Source: Bdellovibrionales bacterium RIFOXYD12_FULL_39_22 (GTDB lineage Bacteria > Bdellovibrionota > Bacteriovoracia > Bacteriovoracales > Bacteriovoracaceae). From it: 64,000 nucleotides of DNA. Each line of letters begins with the position of its first letter. Within the stretch, counting starts at the first letter, position 1. Below the pieces are notes generated by a model. The model was not told the origin of the DNA, made no database searches, and was given only the letters and a program-made list of their open reading frames with translations. The stretch spans positions 74,787-138,786 of the forward strand of contig MEQL01000039.1 of the NCBI GenBank assembly GCA_001770205.1, in the 5' to 3' direction. Made by a program: the position numbers and the translations under genes. Positions 10,099 through 20,606 of this stretch are shown piece after piece.

Positions 10099-10828
10099 CT
10101 GTTTCAGTCGCAGAACGCGAAAGATTTAGATACATTTTTGCTTCTTTGTTTGTTGGATCTTTGGCCAGGATTTTGTTCCATTCGCTTTGTGCTTCTAAAA
10201 TATTACCATTAGCGTAATAGAAAACTCCAATGGCAATACGGGCAGGAATGTAGGATGGGTGTTCATTTTTAAGCCGGCGCAACTCTTCTAGCGCCTTGGC
10301 CTTAAATCCTTTCTTGGCATAAACTTTGGCCATTTTAATGCGCGCATCGAGATTTTGAGGGTTAAGGGCCACACACTTATTGTATTCGAAAAGGGCATCA
10401 TCAAAGCGGTTATAGGAGATGTAGAGTTCTGCCAACTCAAAATGCTTATCAGAAAATTTGCGATTAATGTGTTGATCTTCGATGATGTCTTGGCGTTTGC
10501 TGTTTTTTACTCGTTCATTTTCTTGATTGAATATTTTACGTGCCTCATCGTAGCGGCCTATGTCGTTGTAGATAACTGAAAGACTAATGGCCGCATCAGT
10601 ATTGTTGGGATCTAGTTCGCGAACTTTTAAAAGTGCTTGGATGGCCTTTCCAATTTCACCATTGGCATGATAAATGTTGGCCAAAGAAAAATAGGCCTCG
10701 CTATTTTGGGGATTGGCATCGACGACTTGATGAAAGCATTCAGTGGCACCTATTACATCTCTGCTTTCAAGAAGAACTTTCCCTCGCTCAATAAGCTCTT
10801 TTTCCACGGAACTATTTGTCGCTTGCAT
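10082..10828 (-). CDS. tetratricopeptide repeat protein
   Basis: Multiple TPR units (e.g. EAYFSLANIYHANGEIGKAIQALLKVRELDPNN); overlaps the fliW 3' end convergently. Confidence 0.85.
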   Translation of the reverse strand: MQATNSSVEKELIERGKVLLESRDVIGATECFHQVVDANPQNSEAYFSLANIYHANGEIGKAIQALLKVRELDPNNTDAAISLSVIYNDIGRYDEARKIFNQENERVKNSKRQDIIEDQHINRKFSDKHFELAELYISYNRFDDALFEYNKCVALNPQNLDARIKMAKVYAKKGFKAKALEELRRLKNEHPSYIPARIAIGVFYYANGNILEAQSEWNKILAKDPTNKEAKMYLNLSRSATETAIANQ

Positions 10829-10849
10829 GTGCTATCCTCCAGACCTGGT

Positions 10850-11689
10850 CTAAATTTTTTTACAATTCTCAAAACTAGAGACCAAATCTTCTTTGCGATC
10901 AGAAGAAATTACGCCCTTATACATATCAAAATATTTAGTGCAATCTGCCTTGTTCTTTAGCAGTTTCGCACTTTCTAAGATTTTTAGTATTGAGTAATCC
11001 TTCAATTCCACCGTAGAGAAATTTTCCACAATACTTTTAAAGCGATAAATGGCAGCAGCGTATTCCTCTGTTTTAAAATAAAAATCCGCAATGTACTGTT
11101 CCTTTTTTTCCAGCATCTCTTTGCATTTGGCGATTTTTTCTACTGCTGCCTTAGCGTTGCGATAGTTGGGAAATTTTTGCAACAATTCGTTGTAATATTT
11201 TATGGCCTCATTGGCAAAAGAGAGGTCGCGATCGTGGGAGTTGGGAACTTGGTGATAAAAAGATTCAGCAATTCGCCAAAGAACATAATCGCTTTTGGGA
11301 TGTTTGGGGTGAAAATCTTTAAAAAGAATGTAGGCGGCAGAGGATTCAACGTAATTTTCTTGTTTAAAGAGAATATCGGCCTGTAGTAGTTCGGCATGGG
11401 TGGCATAATAGCTATAGGGGTGTTTAGAGCGAATAAGATTTAATTTTTCGGTTGCCTGAATGTAATGGCCATCTTTCATAAGATCATTGGCATCTTTAAA
11501 CAGTACTTCCGCTTCCGTTGGCCCGCTCTCTTCAGTGGAGCTGCAACCTAAAAAAGCCGAGGCAGTAAAAAGTGCAAAAATGACATGCATGACGATTAAA
11601 AAAGTTATGGCCCAAAGGCGCCTGCGTGGAGATAGTCTGTTTAAGATTTTAAAATTAATCATAATGATGTCCTGTCTCGTTATATCCAA
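10850..11689 (-). CDS. bamD: outer membrane protein assembly factor BamD
   Basis: Lipobox FLGC; HPYSYYA, FHPKHPKSDY, DRDLS and EQYIADFYFK motifs; true start uncertain. Confidence 0.88.
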   Translation of the reverse strand: MDITRQDIIMINFKILNRLSPRRRLWAITFLIVMHVIFALFTASAFLGCSSTEESGPTEAEVLFKDANDLMKDGHYIQATEKLNLIRSKHPYSYYATHAELLQADILFKQENYVESSAAYILFKDFHPKHPKSDYVLWRIAESFYHQVPNSHDRDLSFANEAIKYYNELLQKFPNYRNAKAAVEKIAKCKEMLEKKEQYIADFYFKTEEYAAAIYRFKSIVENFSTVELKDYSILKILESAKLLKNKADCTKYFDMYKGVISSDRKEDLVSSFENCKKI

Positions 11690-11806
11690 TACTAGTATCT
11701 GATGTGCACACCTTTGAAGAATGTATCACTGGTAAAGTGTGTTAGTCAAAAATTATGCTTGGTGAGGTGATGGCAAAATCAGAAGATAACAGGTAAAAAG
11801 AGAAGG

Positions 11807-11836
11807 CCGCAGAAATAACGATTGCTATTTCTGCGG
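11807..11836 (-). terminator. probable intrinsic terminator of the OMP gene
   Basis: CCGCAGAAATA / TATTTCTGCGG 11-bp perfect stem followed by a pyrimidine/T-rich run on the minus strand. Confidence 0.65.
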
Positions 11837-11848
11837 ATAAATAAAAAA

Positions 11849-12499
11849 TTAGAGGCTTATAGGAATGCTAACACCAAAGGCGATCATATTATTTTTTGAA
11901 TCGTATTCAAGGTCTCCTTCATCTCGATCCGAAGCTTCCAGATTATCCATAACGGTAGAATCATCTGAAAATCTGGAGTACTCAGTATAGGTGTGCATTT
12001 GATATTCCACCCAAAGTTGAATTAATGGAATAACTTTAAATCCCAGGCCAGCTTTAATAGCAGAACCGGTTATCGTGTAATCAACATCATTGTTACCATC
12101 CGATATGTCTGCTTGGGTTACGCTGTCAAGAAGATCATATCCAACCCATACACGAAGAGGGAGAACGGGAACAGATATTCCGGCAATTAATCCAGCCGAC
12201 AAACTGCTTATATCACCCTCGTCTGGTTCGGTGATCTCTTCTCCGTCAACATTCAAAGATTCTTCATAGCTTCCCATTTTGTAGGAGGCATCAACGCCGA
12301 AAAAGAACATGGCAAAATCTACTCCTCCGCGAACACCCAGGCCATAACCCATTACGCCCGTTTCTGACTCGTTATCAGCATTATCAACCGTTAAAGTTCC
12401 AAACCCAATAGTGGCGTAAGGATCAACCCAAATAATGGCCTGAGCAGAGGCCGCAAAAAACATGGCCATAACGGCCAAAAAAGATAAGCGCTTGAACAT
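11849..12499 (-). CDS. small outer membrane beta-barrel protein
   Basis: Signal peptide ending ASAQA; amphipathic beta strands; C-terminal FGVSIPISL; ATG 12499 after AAGGAGG. Confidence 0.75.
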   Translation of the reverse strand: MFKRLSFLAVMAMFFAASAQAIIWVDPYATIGFGTLTVDNADNESETGVMGYGLGVRGGVDFAMFFFGVDASYKMGSYEESLNVDGEEITEPDEGDISSLSAGLIAGISVPVLPLRVWVGYDLLDSVTQADISDGNNDVDYTITGSAIKAGLGFKVIPLIQLWVEYQMHTYTEYSRFSDDSTVMDNLEASDRDEGDLEYDSKNNMIAFGVSIPISL

Positions 12500-12607
12500 A
12501 GATTCCTCCTTCAAAAGTTTTTGAATGTTAAGTGATCATTATGTGTGAGCTCGCATAAAAACTCAAATAAAACATACCCGACCAAAGCAGTCCATTCTTT
12601 CTCGGCA

Positions 12608-13666
12608 TTACTCTTTACCTGTCGGATAGATTTCTAGATAAATTTCGTGAATGATAAGTTTAATGGCGGCAACCATTGGAATAGAAATGACCATTCCAAC
12701 CACACCTAAAAGTTGTGACCCCAAAATAACACTGGCAACAACTAAAAGAGGGTGCAAATCGACAATTTTGGAAACTAAAATGGGAAAAACCAGCGCCAGA
12801 TCTATTACGTTGGCGATGGCGTAGAGAATAATTACTGCCCAAAAATTACTAGAGATTCCATATTCGGCCAGCGCGAGGAGAATGGCCGGAAATAATCCCA
12901 AAATTGGGCCAACGTAGGGAATAATGTTAGTGATCATTGCGATAAGGCCTAGCAAAAAGGCAAAACGAATTTCCATTATCCAAAGGCCAGTAGTGATGAT
13001 TATTCCGACGATACTGGCCTCGACAATTTTGGCAAAAATGTAACCACCCAATTGGTTATTAAATTGATGAGAAAGAAAATAAAACTTTTCAAAAATAGAA
13101 TTGGGAGTTAGTCGTAGTATTGCCCGCTTAACGCTTTCTACTTCTTTCATGTAAAAGAACAAAAAAAGTGGGACGAGCAACATCCACTCCAAAAGAGAGG
13201 CCAGATATTGAGGAAGATTCATTAGAAGATTTCGTGAGCCATCTTTGAGGTAGGTAACTAGATCAATTAGTGTTTTATCTCCTAGTTCTAGGCCCGTTCT
13301 TTGATAAACTTCGTTGCGCAAATTAACATATGTTGCGCCAATAAATTTTTCAATTTTAGGAATATAGTACTGAAAATTTTCTGCTTCTTCGGCGAGGATT
13401 GGAAGTAGTTTTATGATCGGATAGATAGTTATGATAACTATCGCTGCAAAAATTAAAGTTATGGCCAATGTGCGAGAAAGACCGAGACGCTCCAGGCGCT
13501 GCATCAGTGGCATTAGTAAGTGGCCCATTACATATGCCACTCCCACCGGAATGGCCAGCCGGGGTAGTCCAGTAAAAATAATTCCGATTACAACAAAAAA
13601 GAAAATGAAAAAAAACATTTTAGAAAACTCATCGCTTTTTTGAAATTTTCTATCTCTACTTCTCAT
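12608..13666 (-). CDS. AI-2E family transporter
   Basis: Multi-TM; NIIPYVGP, P.LVSKIVDLHP and GVVGMVISIP motifs. Confidence 0.9.
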   Translation of the reverse strand: MRSRDRKFQKSDEFSKMFFFIFFFVVIGIIFTGLPRLAIPVGVAYVMGHLLMPLMQRLERLGLSRTLAITLIFAAIVIITIYPIIKLLPILAEEAENFQYYIPKIEKFIGATYVNLRNEVYQRTGLELGDKTLIDLVTYLKDGSRNLLMNLPQYLASLLEWMLLVPLFLFFYMKEVESVKRAILRLTPNSIFEKFYFLSHQFNNQLGGYIFAKIVEASIVGIIITTGLWIMEIRFAFLLGLIAMITNIIPYVGPILGLFPAILLALAEYGISSNFWAVIILYAIANVIDLALVFPILVSKIVDLHPLLVVASVILGSQLLGVVGMVISIPMVAAIKLIIHEIYLEIYPTGKE

Positions 13667-13675
13667 TAATAAAAC

Positions 13676-14299
13676 TCACTTATTTTCCAATTGCAAAATT
13701 TTATATTTCAGATGCCCAACTTCTTGGGAGATTAGATAAAAACGATCAGCAACAATAATCGAGATGGCCTGTAAAAGACGGGCCGCTACTGTGGGCCATT
13801 CTTCAATTAAATTTTCCAAGTCTGGTTTAAAAATACCTAGTAGATCACAGCTGCTTTTAGCAATTACGGTGGCGGAACGAATGTTATTTTCCTGCAGAAG
13901 TGCCAACTCTCCAAAATAGTCTTTTCGCTCTAGAGAGACTACATGCTTAGAGGCCGTATTCGTTATTTCTCCCATTTCTTGTGCGGACTCGCTTGAGACG
14001 ATGGCCTCTACGTGGCCAGAGTAGACAAAATAAAAACCAACTCCCTTATCTCCCTGTCGAAAAATTGTCTCTGTGGCAGAGAAGGTTCTTTTATGTAAGT
14101 ACTTGGAGAGAATGCGTAATTCATTATCAGAAAAATGTTTCAGGACTTCAATTTTGCGCAAAAATTTGGGGACATGATCCCGATGACTACTAGTAAAAGG
14201 ACTGGCCTGCCAAAAATATTTTATCACCGAAATATCAAGCTTGGCCGGAAGAGGTTGGCGTTTTTCAATTTTCTCACTAATCTCTTTTTCATAACTCAT
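13676..14299 (-). CDS. cyclic nucleotide-binding domain protein
   Basis: IFRQGD..FYFVYSGHV..YFGELALL..RSATV; no HTH. Confidence 0.88.
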   Translation of the reverse strand: MSYEKEISEKIEKRQPLPAKLDISVIKYFWQASPFTSSHRDHVPKFLRKIEVLKHFSDNELRILSKYLHKRTFSATETIFRQGDKGVGFYFVYSGHVEAIVSSESAQEMGEITNTASKHVVSLERKDYFGELALLQENNIRSATVIAKSSCDLLGIFKPDLENLIEEWPTVAARLLQAISIIVADRFYLISQEVGHLKYKILQLENK

Positions 14300-14323
14300 C
14301 TTATATACTACCTTTGGCGCTAT

Positions 14324-14986
14324 TTAATAAGTGGCGACATCGTCTTTATCCACCCATCCGACAAATGCCGATGGTGCCTTAATGTAAAAATAGCGTTGAT
14401 TTGCTTTGCCGATAATAAATTTTTCCCCGGCCTTTATTGTTGAAATTTCCTCATAAATTTTTGAGGGCCCTTGCCGAATGACTGCATCCTTAAGGGTAAT
14501 GCCTATTTCAACATTTCGTAGGTAGAAAAAATGTACGAGCGCTGGAACAAGAGAAAGCGCAAAAATAATAATACCAAGCTTAAGACGGACCAATTTTTTT
14601 ATGCGGTATAAAAAAAGCAAAACCATGAAAGTTGTCAAGGCCACTCCCAAGTAGAGTGACTCCGGGATCAGATTAGTAATACTAATAATTTTACCAAAAG
14701 AATCGCTTTCAAGGAGGTTAGAGGTGGATAGTTTGGCATTAACAAATTCTAGGTTGTTTCTGATTCCATCGCTGTGATAACCATATTTGGCCGCTCGTTC
14801 CAAGTGATAGCGTCCAACGGCCCAATTACCCTTCTGAGCATAGGTAGTTCCGAGGTTGTAATGAAAAATCTCCGGAGCAAATTGACTTTTATTCTCTAGT
14901 AAAAGCGTTATGGTGTCATTATATTTTTTTTCGAAGTAAAGAGTCTCTAATGACTTTAGCACTTCGTTTATGTTACTATTCTCCAT
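14324..14986 (-). CDS. BatE-like TPR / TM / SH3 protein
   Basis: HYNLGTTY TPR, two TM segments, C-terminal SH3b-like IRQGPS...GWV. Confidence 0.7.
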   Translation of the reverse strand: MENSNINEVLKSLETLYFEKKYNDTITLLLENKSQFAPEIFHYNLGTTYAQKGNWAVGRYHLERAAKYGYHSDGIRNNLEFVNAKLSTSNLLESDSFGKIISITNLIPESLYLGVALTTFMVLLFLYRIKKLVRLKLGIIIFALSLVPALVHFFYLRNVEIGITLKDAVIRQGPSKIYEEISTIKAGEKFIIGKANQRYFYIKAPSAFVGWVDKDDVATY

Positions 14987-15063
14987 GTTAATAATTATGG
15001 AAGATGGCCAAAAATAAATCAATCGACCGTTTTTTTCCTGCCTAGCGAAAAAGGGGATGCCAG

Positions 15064-16431
15064 ATGAATCTTGGTGCTGAGAATAACGAAATCAAAGAAC
15101 AGATTAATAAACTTTTTTCTTCTATTTTGATTGAACAACAAAAAATAAATGCCATCAAAGGGCCAGATGTCGGGAAAGAAAATTTAATTCAAACAATACT
15201 AGACGACTTCGCTTCTGATCGTGGTGCGACTTTGTTTTTTAACTACCTCTCTTCCGGAAAAGGCCATGGCCCTTTTTCTCAATTAGTCGATGGCTCTGTA
15301 AAATATGATCTTATTGAAGGAATTGGGGTCAATTTATTGGGACATTCGCACCCTCTTTACATAAAAGCACATTTGGAAATGGCCACTTGTGACACCGTAA
15401 TGTGTGGCAATTTACTCTCCTATGACCAAGCTCGACAGACTACCAAGGCCATTTTGGATTCTGTAAAAAATAGCAGACTAAAACATTTTTGGTATGCTTG
15501 TTCTGGAAGTCTTTCCAACGATATCGCCCTTAAAATTATTTGGCAAAAAAAGGCCCCCAAATATAAAATTTTTGCTTTTGAGAAGGCGTTTGCCGGAAGA
15601 AGTGTGGCCACTCAGGATATCACCTACAATGCTGGTTATCGCGAAGGGATGCTAAAAACTATTCCAGTTACTCACGTTCCTCACTATGATTACACTGATC
15701 CAGAAGGAACTCTGGATAAGACACTCCGAGCGCTCAACGACGCTTGGAATGCAGAACCCGATGCTTATGCTGCGCTTATGATGGAATTAGTACAAGGAGA
15801 GGCGGGATTTATTTATGGAACGAAGGAGTATTACTCGGCAATATTTAAGTGGGCAAAAGAAAAAGGACTATATGTTTGGGTGGATGAAGTGCAATCTTTT
15901 GCGCGCACTCATCAATTATTTGCCTTTCAAATGTTTGGATTAGATGAGTACGTAGATGTTGTTACCATTGGAAAGGTGGCACAAGTTTGTGGTGCCATCT
16001 ACACAGATGAACTTAATCCAAAGAAGGGATTAATAGCTGGAACTTTTAATGGTTCAATGGTGGCGCTTGATACTGCTCGAAAAACTTTGCGCTATTTGCA
16101 AGAAGGTAATTTTTACGGGCCAAAGGGAAGAATCGCTGAGCTAGAAAGTATTTTTATAAATAAGCTTAAATATTTGGCCAATAACAGCTGCAAGGGTAAA
16201 ATTGGCTATATCGGTGGCGTCGGGACCATGATTTCTTTTGAGGTCGGAGATTCAACTTTAGATTTAACCAACGCTTTTATAAAAAATCTTTTTAACAATG
16301 GTGTAATCGCCTTCTCGGCCGGAAAAAATCCTGCCCGCGTGCGCTTCTTGCTCCCGCTTTCGTTAACAGATCACCACATTGATGAAATTTTTAAAATTAT
16401 AGATACCACCGTTCATCAGACTATCTCGTAG
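15064..16431 (+). CDS. class III PLP aminotransferase (ArgD/AstC/lysine aminotransferase-like)
   Basis: ELVQGEAG, DEVQ and TIGK (PLP lysine); upstream of argC-argB. Confidence 0.88.
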   Translation: MNLGAENNEIKEQINKLFSSILIEQQKINAIKGPDVGKENLIQTILDDFASDRGATLFFNYLSSGKGHGPFSQLVDGSVKYDLIEGIGVNLLGHSHPLYIKAHLEMATCDTVMCGNLLSYDQARQTTKAILDSVKNSRLKHFWYACSGSLSNDIALKIIWQKKAPKYKIFAFEKAFAGRSVATQDITYNAGYREGMLKTIPVTHVPHYDYTDPEGTLDKTLRALNDAWNAEPDAYAALMMELVQGEAGFIYGTKEYYSAIFKWAKEKGLYVWVDEVQSFARTHQLFAFQMFGLDEYVDVVTIGKVAQVCGAIYTDELNPKKGLIAGTFNGSMVALDTARKTLRYLQEGNFYGPKGRIAELESIFINKLKYLANNSCKGKIGYIGGVGTMISFEVGDSTLDLTNAFIKNLFNNGVIAFSAGKNPARVRFLLPLSLTDHHIDEIFKIIDTTVHQTIS

Positions 16432-16450
16432 AAAAGGAGAAGGTAGCAAC

Positions 16451-17941
16451 ATGCGATTTACTATTTTAGGAAACTATTTTAACGGAAGCTTCTCTTTACC
16501 ACCGACCTCGGGGCCAGATAGTGTTGAGACTATTAATAATAAATTTTCTCCGGCCAACCTTGCAGATCAACTTTGGTTTTGTCCTTTTGATTATCGCCAT
16601 GTCGATGAGGCCATCACCTCTTCACTTAATGGATTTGATCTCTGGAGAAAGTTAAATATCCACGAACGTATTAAATATTTGCAAAAATATTTCGCTCTTT
16701 TCGTTCAAAAAAAAGAAAATATTGCTGAAGCGCTTGCCTTAGAAACCGGCAGACCACATTGGGATATTAATAAAGAGCTTAACTTTTCTATTGCCAGTAT
16801 TACTCATCAAATAGAAAGATTTTCCACCAACAATAACGGGCAAACATGGAACAGCAATAACTCTACCTTGTATCGTCCGATCGGGCCCTGCCTAATTATT
16901 GGCCCATATCGCAATCCGATTGAGACAATAACGGGCCAAATGGTGGCGGCCTTGCTGGCCGGTAATAGCATTATTTTAAAACCATCTGCCCATACCTGCT
17001 ATAGTTCGCAACTTTTGATTGAGTGTTTTCATGAGGCACAACTTCCTGTCGGCGTTATTAATCTTGTGCAAGGCGATACAGAAATATCTCGACGACTACT
17101 GAAAGAAAAAGACATTCGGATTATTTTTTTCTCGGGAGTTAAAGAAGATGCTCGCGATGTGATGGAGATGGCGTCTCGCCATTTTGGACGAACTATTTCA
17201 TTAAACATTAGTGGAAAAAACTTTGCTGTTATCAACGACTTTTCTAATATCCAGCGAACACTAGATCACAGTATTCGCGCTTGCTTTCAATCTACGGGCC
17301 AGAGATTTGATTCCACTTCACTAATATTGATAAATAGAAAAATTCATGAAGAATTTATTACAAAATTCCATGAAGAAGCAAAAAAATTAATAATTGATCA
17401 TCCCAATCAAAACATTTCTGAGCAGGCATGGCCATTTATGGGACCGCTTATTTCTGCTCAGACCGTCAATCAATATTTAACTTTTGTTGGAATGGCCAAG
17501 CGGGAACAGTTTGAAGAAATTATGCGTGGTAAAAACCTAGAGCGCGAGCCAAGAGGACACTACGTCTCTCCTTCGATTCACTTTGCCGAAAAAATGATAA
17601 ACAAAGGCCATTTTTTAAGTAGTGAGATAATTGGCCCAAGTTGTACTTTCATTGCTTACGACGACGTGGAGGAGGCAATTGCGATTGTCAATAATAACGA
17701 ATTTGGATTAGTGGCCTCTATTTATACTGAACAAGAGGAGATAATGCGTAAATGCGTAGATGATCTTTACGTAGGTAAAGTATATTTTAACCTTCCTACT
17801 ATTTATAACGATTTTTCTACTCCCTATACTTCAACTAAAAACTCAGGAAATATGCAGGGGGGAAACATTGGGATGGTAAGCTCCTGTCTATACACTAAGG
17901 CAATTACTACATATGGAACTCATAACGGAGAAGATATATGA
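16451..17941 (+). CDS. aldehyde dehydrogenase-family protein (AstD-like), catalytic residues substituted
   Basis: ALDH fold motifs ALLAGNSIILKPS, LPVGVINLVQG, EIIGP, FGLVASIYT; GQRF in place of GQRC and LNISGK in place of LELGGK. Confidence 0.85.
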   Translation: MRFTILGNYFNGSFSLPPTSGPDSVETINNKFSPANLADQLWFCPFDYRHVDEAITSSLNGFDLWRKLNIHERIKYLQKYFALFVQKKENIAEALALETGRPHWDINKELNFSIASITHQIERFSTNNNGQTWNSNNSTLYRPIGPCLIIGPYRNPIETITGQMVAALLAGNSIILKPSAHTCYSSQLLIECFHEAQLPVGVINLVQGDTEISRRLLKEKDIRIIFFSGVKEDARDVMEMASRHFGRTISLNISGKNFAVINDFSNIQRTLDHSIRACFQSTGQRFDSTSLILINRKIHEEFITKFHEEAKKLIIDHPNQNISEQAWPFMGPLISAQTVNQYLTFVGMAKREQFEEIMRGKNLEREPRGHYVSPSIHFAEKMINKGHFLSSEIIGPSCTFIAYDDVEEAIAIVNNNEFGLVASIYTEQEEIMRKCVDDLYVGKVYFNLPTIYNDFSTPYTSTKNSGNMQGGNIGMVSSCLYTKAITTYGTHNGEDI

Positions 17942-18996
17942 AAAATAAAATCAATGTTGGAATTATGGGGGGGACTGGTTATGCCGCCGCCGAATTAATT
18001 AGGTTACTACTAAAACATCCTAATGTTAACTTGACTAAAATTGCGAGTATTGATCATGTTGGAAAAAATGTTGGTGAAGTTCATCGCAATTTTGGCAAAA
18101 ATCTTTCTTATACTTTCGAAAATATTCCGGCCTTGGAAATGGGAAAACATTGTGAACTAGTTTTTCTCTCCTTACCACACACCGTTTCTGCTTCTTTTAC
18201 ACCTGATTTAATAAGGGCCGGTGTAAAAATTATTGATCTTTCCGGGGATTATCGCATTCAAGATGTTAATATCTACAATAAATATTACAAGACCAAGCAT
18301 CCCAATCCAGAAAGTATAAAAAACTTTGTCTATGGCCTTCCAGAACTCAACAAAGTGCAAATCAGAGAAGCAAAATATATTGCTAACCCAGGATGTTTCC
18401 CAACTGCTACGGCATTGAGCGTACTGCCATTGGCAAAAAAACAACTTCTCTCAAAAAAAGTACGAGTAATAGGGCCAACCGGAAGTAGTGGCAGTGGAGT
18501 TGCGCCTCAGGAGGGAACGCATCATCCGACCAGGGTAAGTAACTTAAAAAGTTATAAACCACTTACTCATCAACACCAGCCAGAAATGGAACAAACATTG
18601 TCGTTGGCCAGCAACTCCCCTATCTCTATCGATTTTATTCCTATGTCTGCCCCACTTTCCCGGGGAATTTTGATTAATGCGGTAGCGGACTTAGATCCGG
18701 CCATCACCGAGAAAGATATTGATAACATCTATAGGGATTTTTACCAGGACGCTCCTTTTGTACGTTACCTCGGAAATAAAAGTTTTCCAGAGGTTGTTTC
18801 AATTCGCGGCAGCAATTACGTCGAAATTGGTTGGAGTTTGCGCGAGGATATTGTGAGCGGTACCAGGACATTTGCCGCTATTTCGGCCATAGATAATTTG
18901 GTAAAAGGAGCAAGTGGCCAAGCAATTCAGAATATGAACTTAATGTACAATTTGGGCGAAACAACTGGCATTGATGAATTCGGAGTGTGGCCGTAA
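17938..18996 (+). CDS. argC: N-acetyl-gamma-glutamyl-phosphate reductase
   Basis: GGTGYAA, IDLSGDYR, YGLPE, IANPGCFPT, IDNLVKGASGQAIQNMN. Confidence 0.95.
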   Translation: MKNKINVGIMGGTGYAAAELIRLLLKHPNVNLTKIASIDHVGKNVGEVHRNFGKNLSYTFENIPALEMGKHCELVFLSLPHTVSASFTPDLIRAGVKIIDLSGDYRIQDVNIYNKYYKTKHPNPESIKNFVYGLPELNKVQIREAKYIANPGCFPTATALSVLPLAKKQLLSKKVRVIGPTGSSGSGVAPQEGTHHPTRVSNLKSYKPLTHQHQPEMEQTLSLASNSPISIDFIPMSAPLSRGILINAVADLDPAITEKDIDNIYRDFYQDAPFVRYLGNKSFPEVVSIRGSNYVEIGWSLREDIVSGTRTFAAISAIDNLVKGASGQAIQNMNLMYNLGETTGIDEFGVWP

Positions 18997-19814
18997 TGAG
19001 AAAAAAAATCCTAATCAAGTTTGGGGGAGAGATCGTTGAAAATGAAAAATCTCTAGAAAATCTCGCATTATCTCTGGCCAAACTTTTTGCGGATGGACAT
19101 CAGATAATTTTGGTCCATGGTGGTGGGCCACTGGCCACGGCGCTTTCTAAGAGATTAAATATTGAACCTAAAATGGTTGGCGGCAGAAGAGTTACCTGCA
19201 AAGAGACATTGGAAGTCATGAAAATGACTCTGCCGGGAATTATCAATTCTAATATTTTGGCGATGCTAAAAAAGCACAAGCTTCCTGCGGTGGCGGTTAG
19301 TGCTATTAGTTTTATTAATGCCTCTCTTCGTCCACCCAAAAGGGTTTCCGGAAGCAACAATGAAGTTGTTGATTTTGGTTTTGTTGGTGACATTAAAAGC
19401 GTTGATCCTGCATTGATAAATTTTTATTTGGAAAAAAAACTTATTCCCGTAATTAGTCCTCTTTGTGCAGATGATAAAGGAAATATTCTAAATATCAATG
19501 CAGATACCGTAGCTACTGCCACTGCCGAGGCCTTAGAAGTTGATTCTTTGGTCATGGTTACGCAAGTTGGAGGAATTTTCGAAGATATAAAAAATCCATC
19601 TTCGAAAATGACTCTACTTTCTATGTCTGAGGCCTCCAAAAAAATTGCCGAAGGGATTATCAGCGGAGGGATGATTCCCAAAGTAGAAGAGTGTAACAAA
19701 CTTTTTGAAAAACAACTCTCAGCAGTTCATATTGTGGGGGTTAATTCTCCAGATGACATAGCAAATGAAATTGCTCACCCAGGAAGTGTCGGCACCACTA
19801 TCGTTAAAAAATAA
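18996..19814 (+). CDS. argB: acetylglutamate kinase
   Basis: IKFGG, VHGGGP, GRRVT, NINAD, GGMIPKV; ATG overlaps the argC stop. Confidence 0.93.
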   Translation: MRKKILIKFGGEIVENEKSLENLALSLAKLFADGHQIILVHGGGPLATALSKRLNIEPKMVGGRRVTCKETLEVMKMTLPGIINSNILAMLKKHKLPAVAVSAISFINASLRPPKRVSGSNNEVVDFGFVGDIKSVDPALINFYLEKKLIPVISPLCADDKGNILNINADTVATATAEALEVDSLVMVTQVGGIFEDIKNPSSKMTLLSMSEASKKIAEGIISGGMIPKVEECNKLFEKQLSAVHIVGVNSPDDIANEIAHPGSVGTTIVKK

Positions 19815-19821
19815 ATTAAGG

Positions 19822-20445
19822 TCAGTTCTGTTTTTTATTAATTAGGACGCCAACATTGGCCGATCTAGCCATATCCCCTTTAAGCTTTTTTTCTTGATCA
19901 ATTGCTACTGCGGCAGTTTGTTTATATAGATCATAGATCTCTTGCATTTTGATCTTTCGTTGACTCTCCTTGCTACGCATCTGTTCTTCAATAATATAAG
20001 CAACACGATCAATTTTTTCTTCTTCTACGATCTCTTCTTCTTCCAGCAACACTCCATTAACCACCTTCCTAACTGTTTTAATCTTGGCGGGTATTATGGC
20101 CGAAGAGGTATTTGTAGCGTCTTTAGAAGTGGCAGCAAGACTCGATGTAGCAACGGACGAAGATTCCTCGGAGGTTTTATTAAATGGAAGAATTTTTGCC
20201 TGAGATGTTTGGGCGGTATCACTATTGGTAGTTTCTATAGGATGGCCTACTTTGCTCTCATCTTCGGCCTGTGCTGCATTATCTTTCTTATCTTTTTCGC
20301 CGCTTCCCCAAAAATATTTCTCTAAAATACTGGTTAGTGGAATTTTATAAGTAGGATCTAAAATAGTGGTTAGTTGCTCAACCTCTTCTGGCGTAATCAA
20401 GCGTAAAATATTTCGAAGAATGTTCAGTTCCTCTTCTTGTTCCAT
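19822..20445 (-). CDS. hypothetical protein with low-complexity S/T/E linker
   Basis: 207-aa ORF with GAGGGG RBS and a sigma-28-like promoter upstream. Confidence 0.7.
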   Translation of the reverse strand: MEQEEELNILRNILRLITPEEVEQLTTILDPTYKIPLTSILEKYFWGSGEKDKKDNAAQAEDESKVGHPIETTNSDTAQTSQAKILPFNKTSEESSSVATSSLAATSKDATNTSSAIIPAKIKTVRKVVNGVLLEEEEIVEEEKIDRVAYIIEEQMRSKESQRKIKMQEIYDLYKQTAAVAIDQEKKLKGDMARSANVGVLINKKQN

Positions 20446-20463
20446 ACAGTTCCCCTCAATACC

Positions 20464-20490
20464 TTATCGTCAATATTGTACAAAACTTGA
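20464..20490 (-). promoter_or_regulatory. sigma-28 (FliA)-like promoter
   Basis: TCAA-N15-GACGATAA on the minus strand vs consensus TAAA-N15-GCCGATAA. Confidence 0.65.
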
Positions 20491-20606
20491 CTTTTTTACT
20501 TAATAAATAGTTTTTTTTGATACGCCCATGGGGATAGCGAGCCTATCTCCTAGAATATTATAGACAAAGCAACTCAAAATTTTTATAACTATAAACATCA
20601 ATGAAC

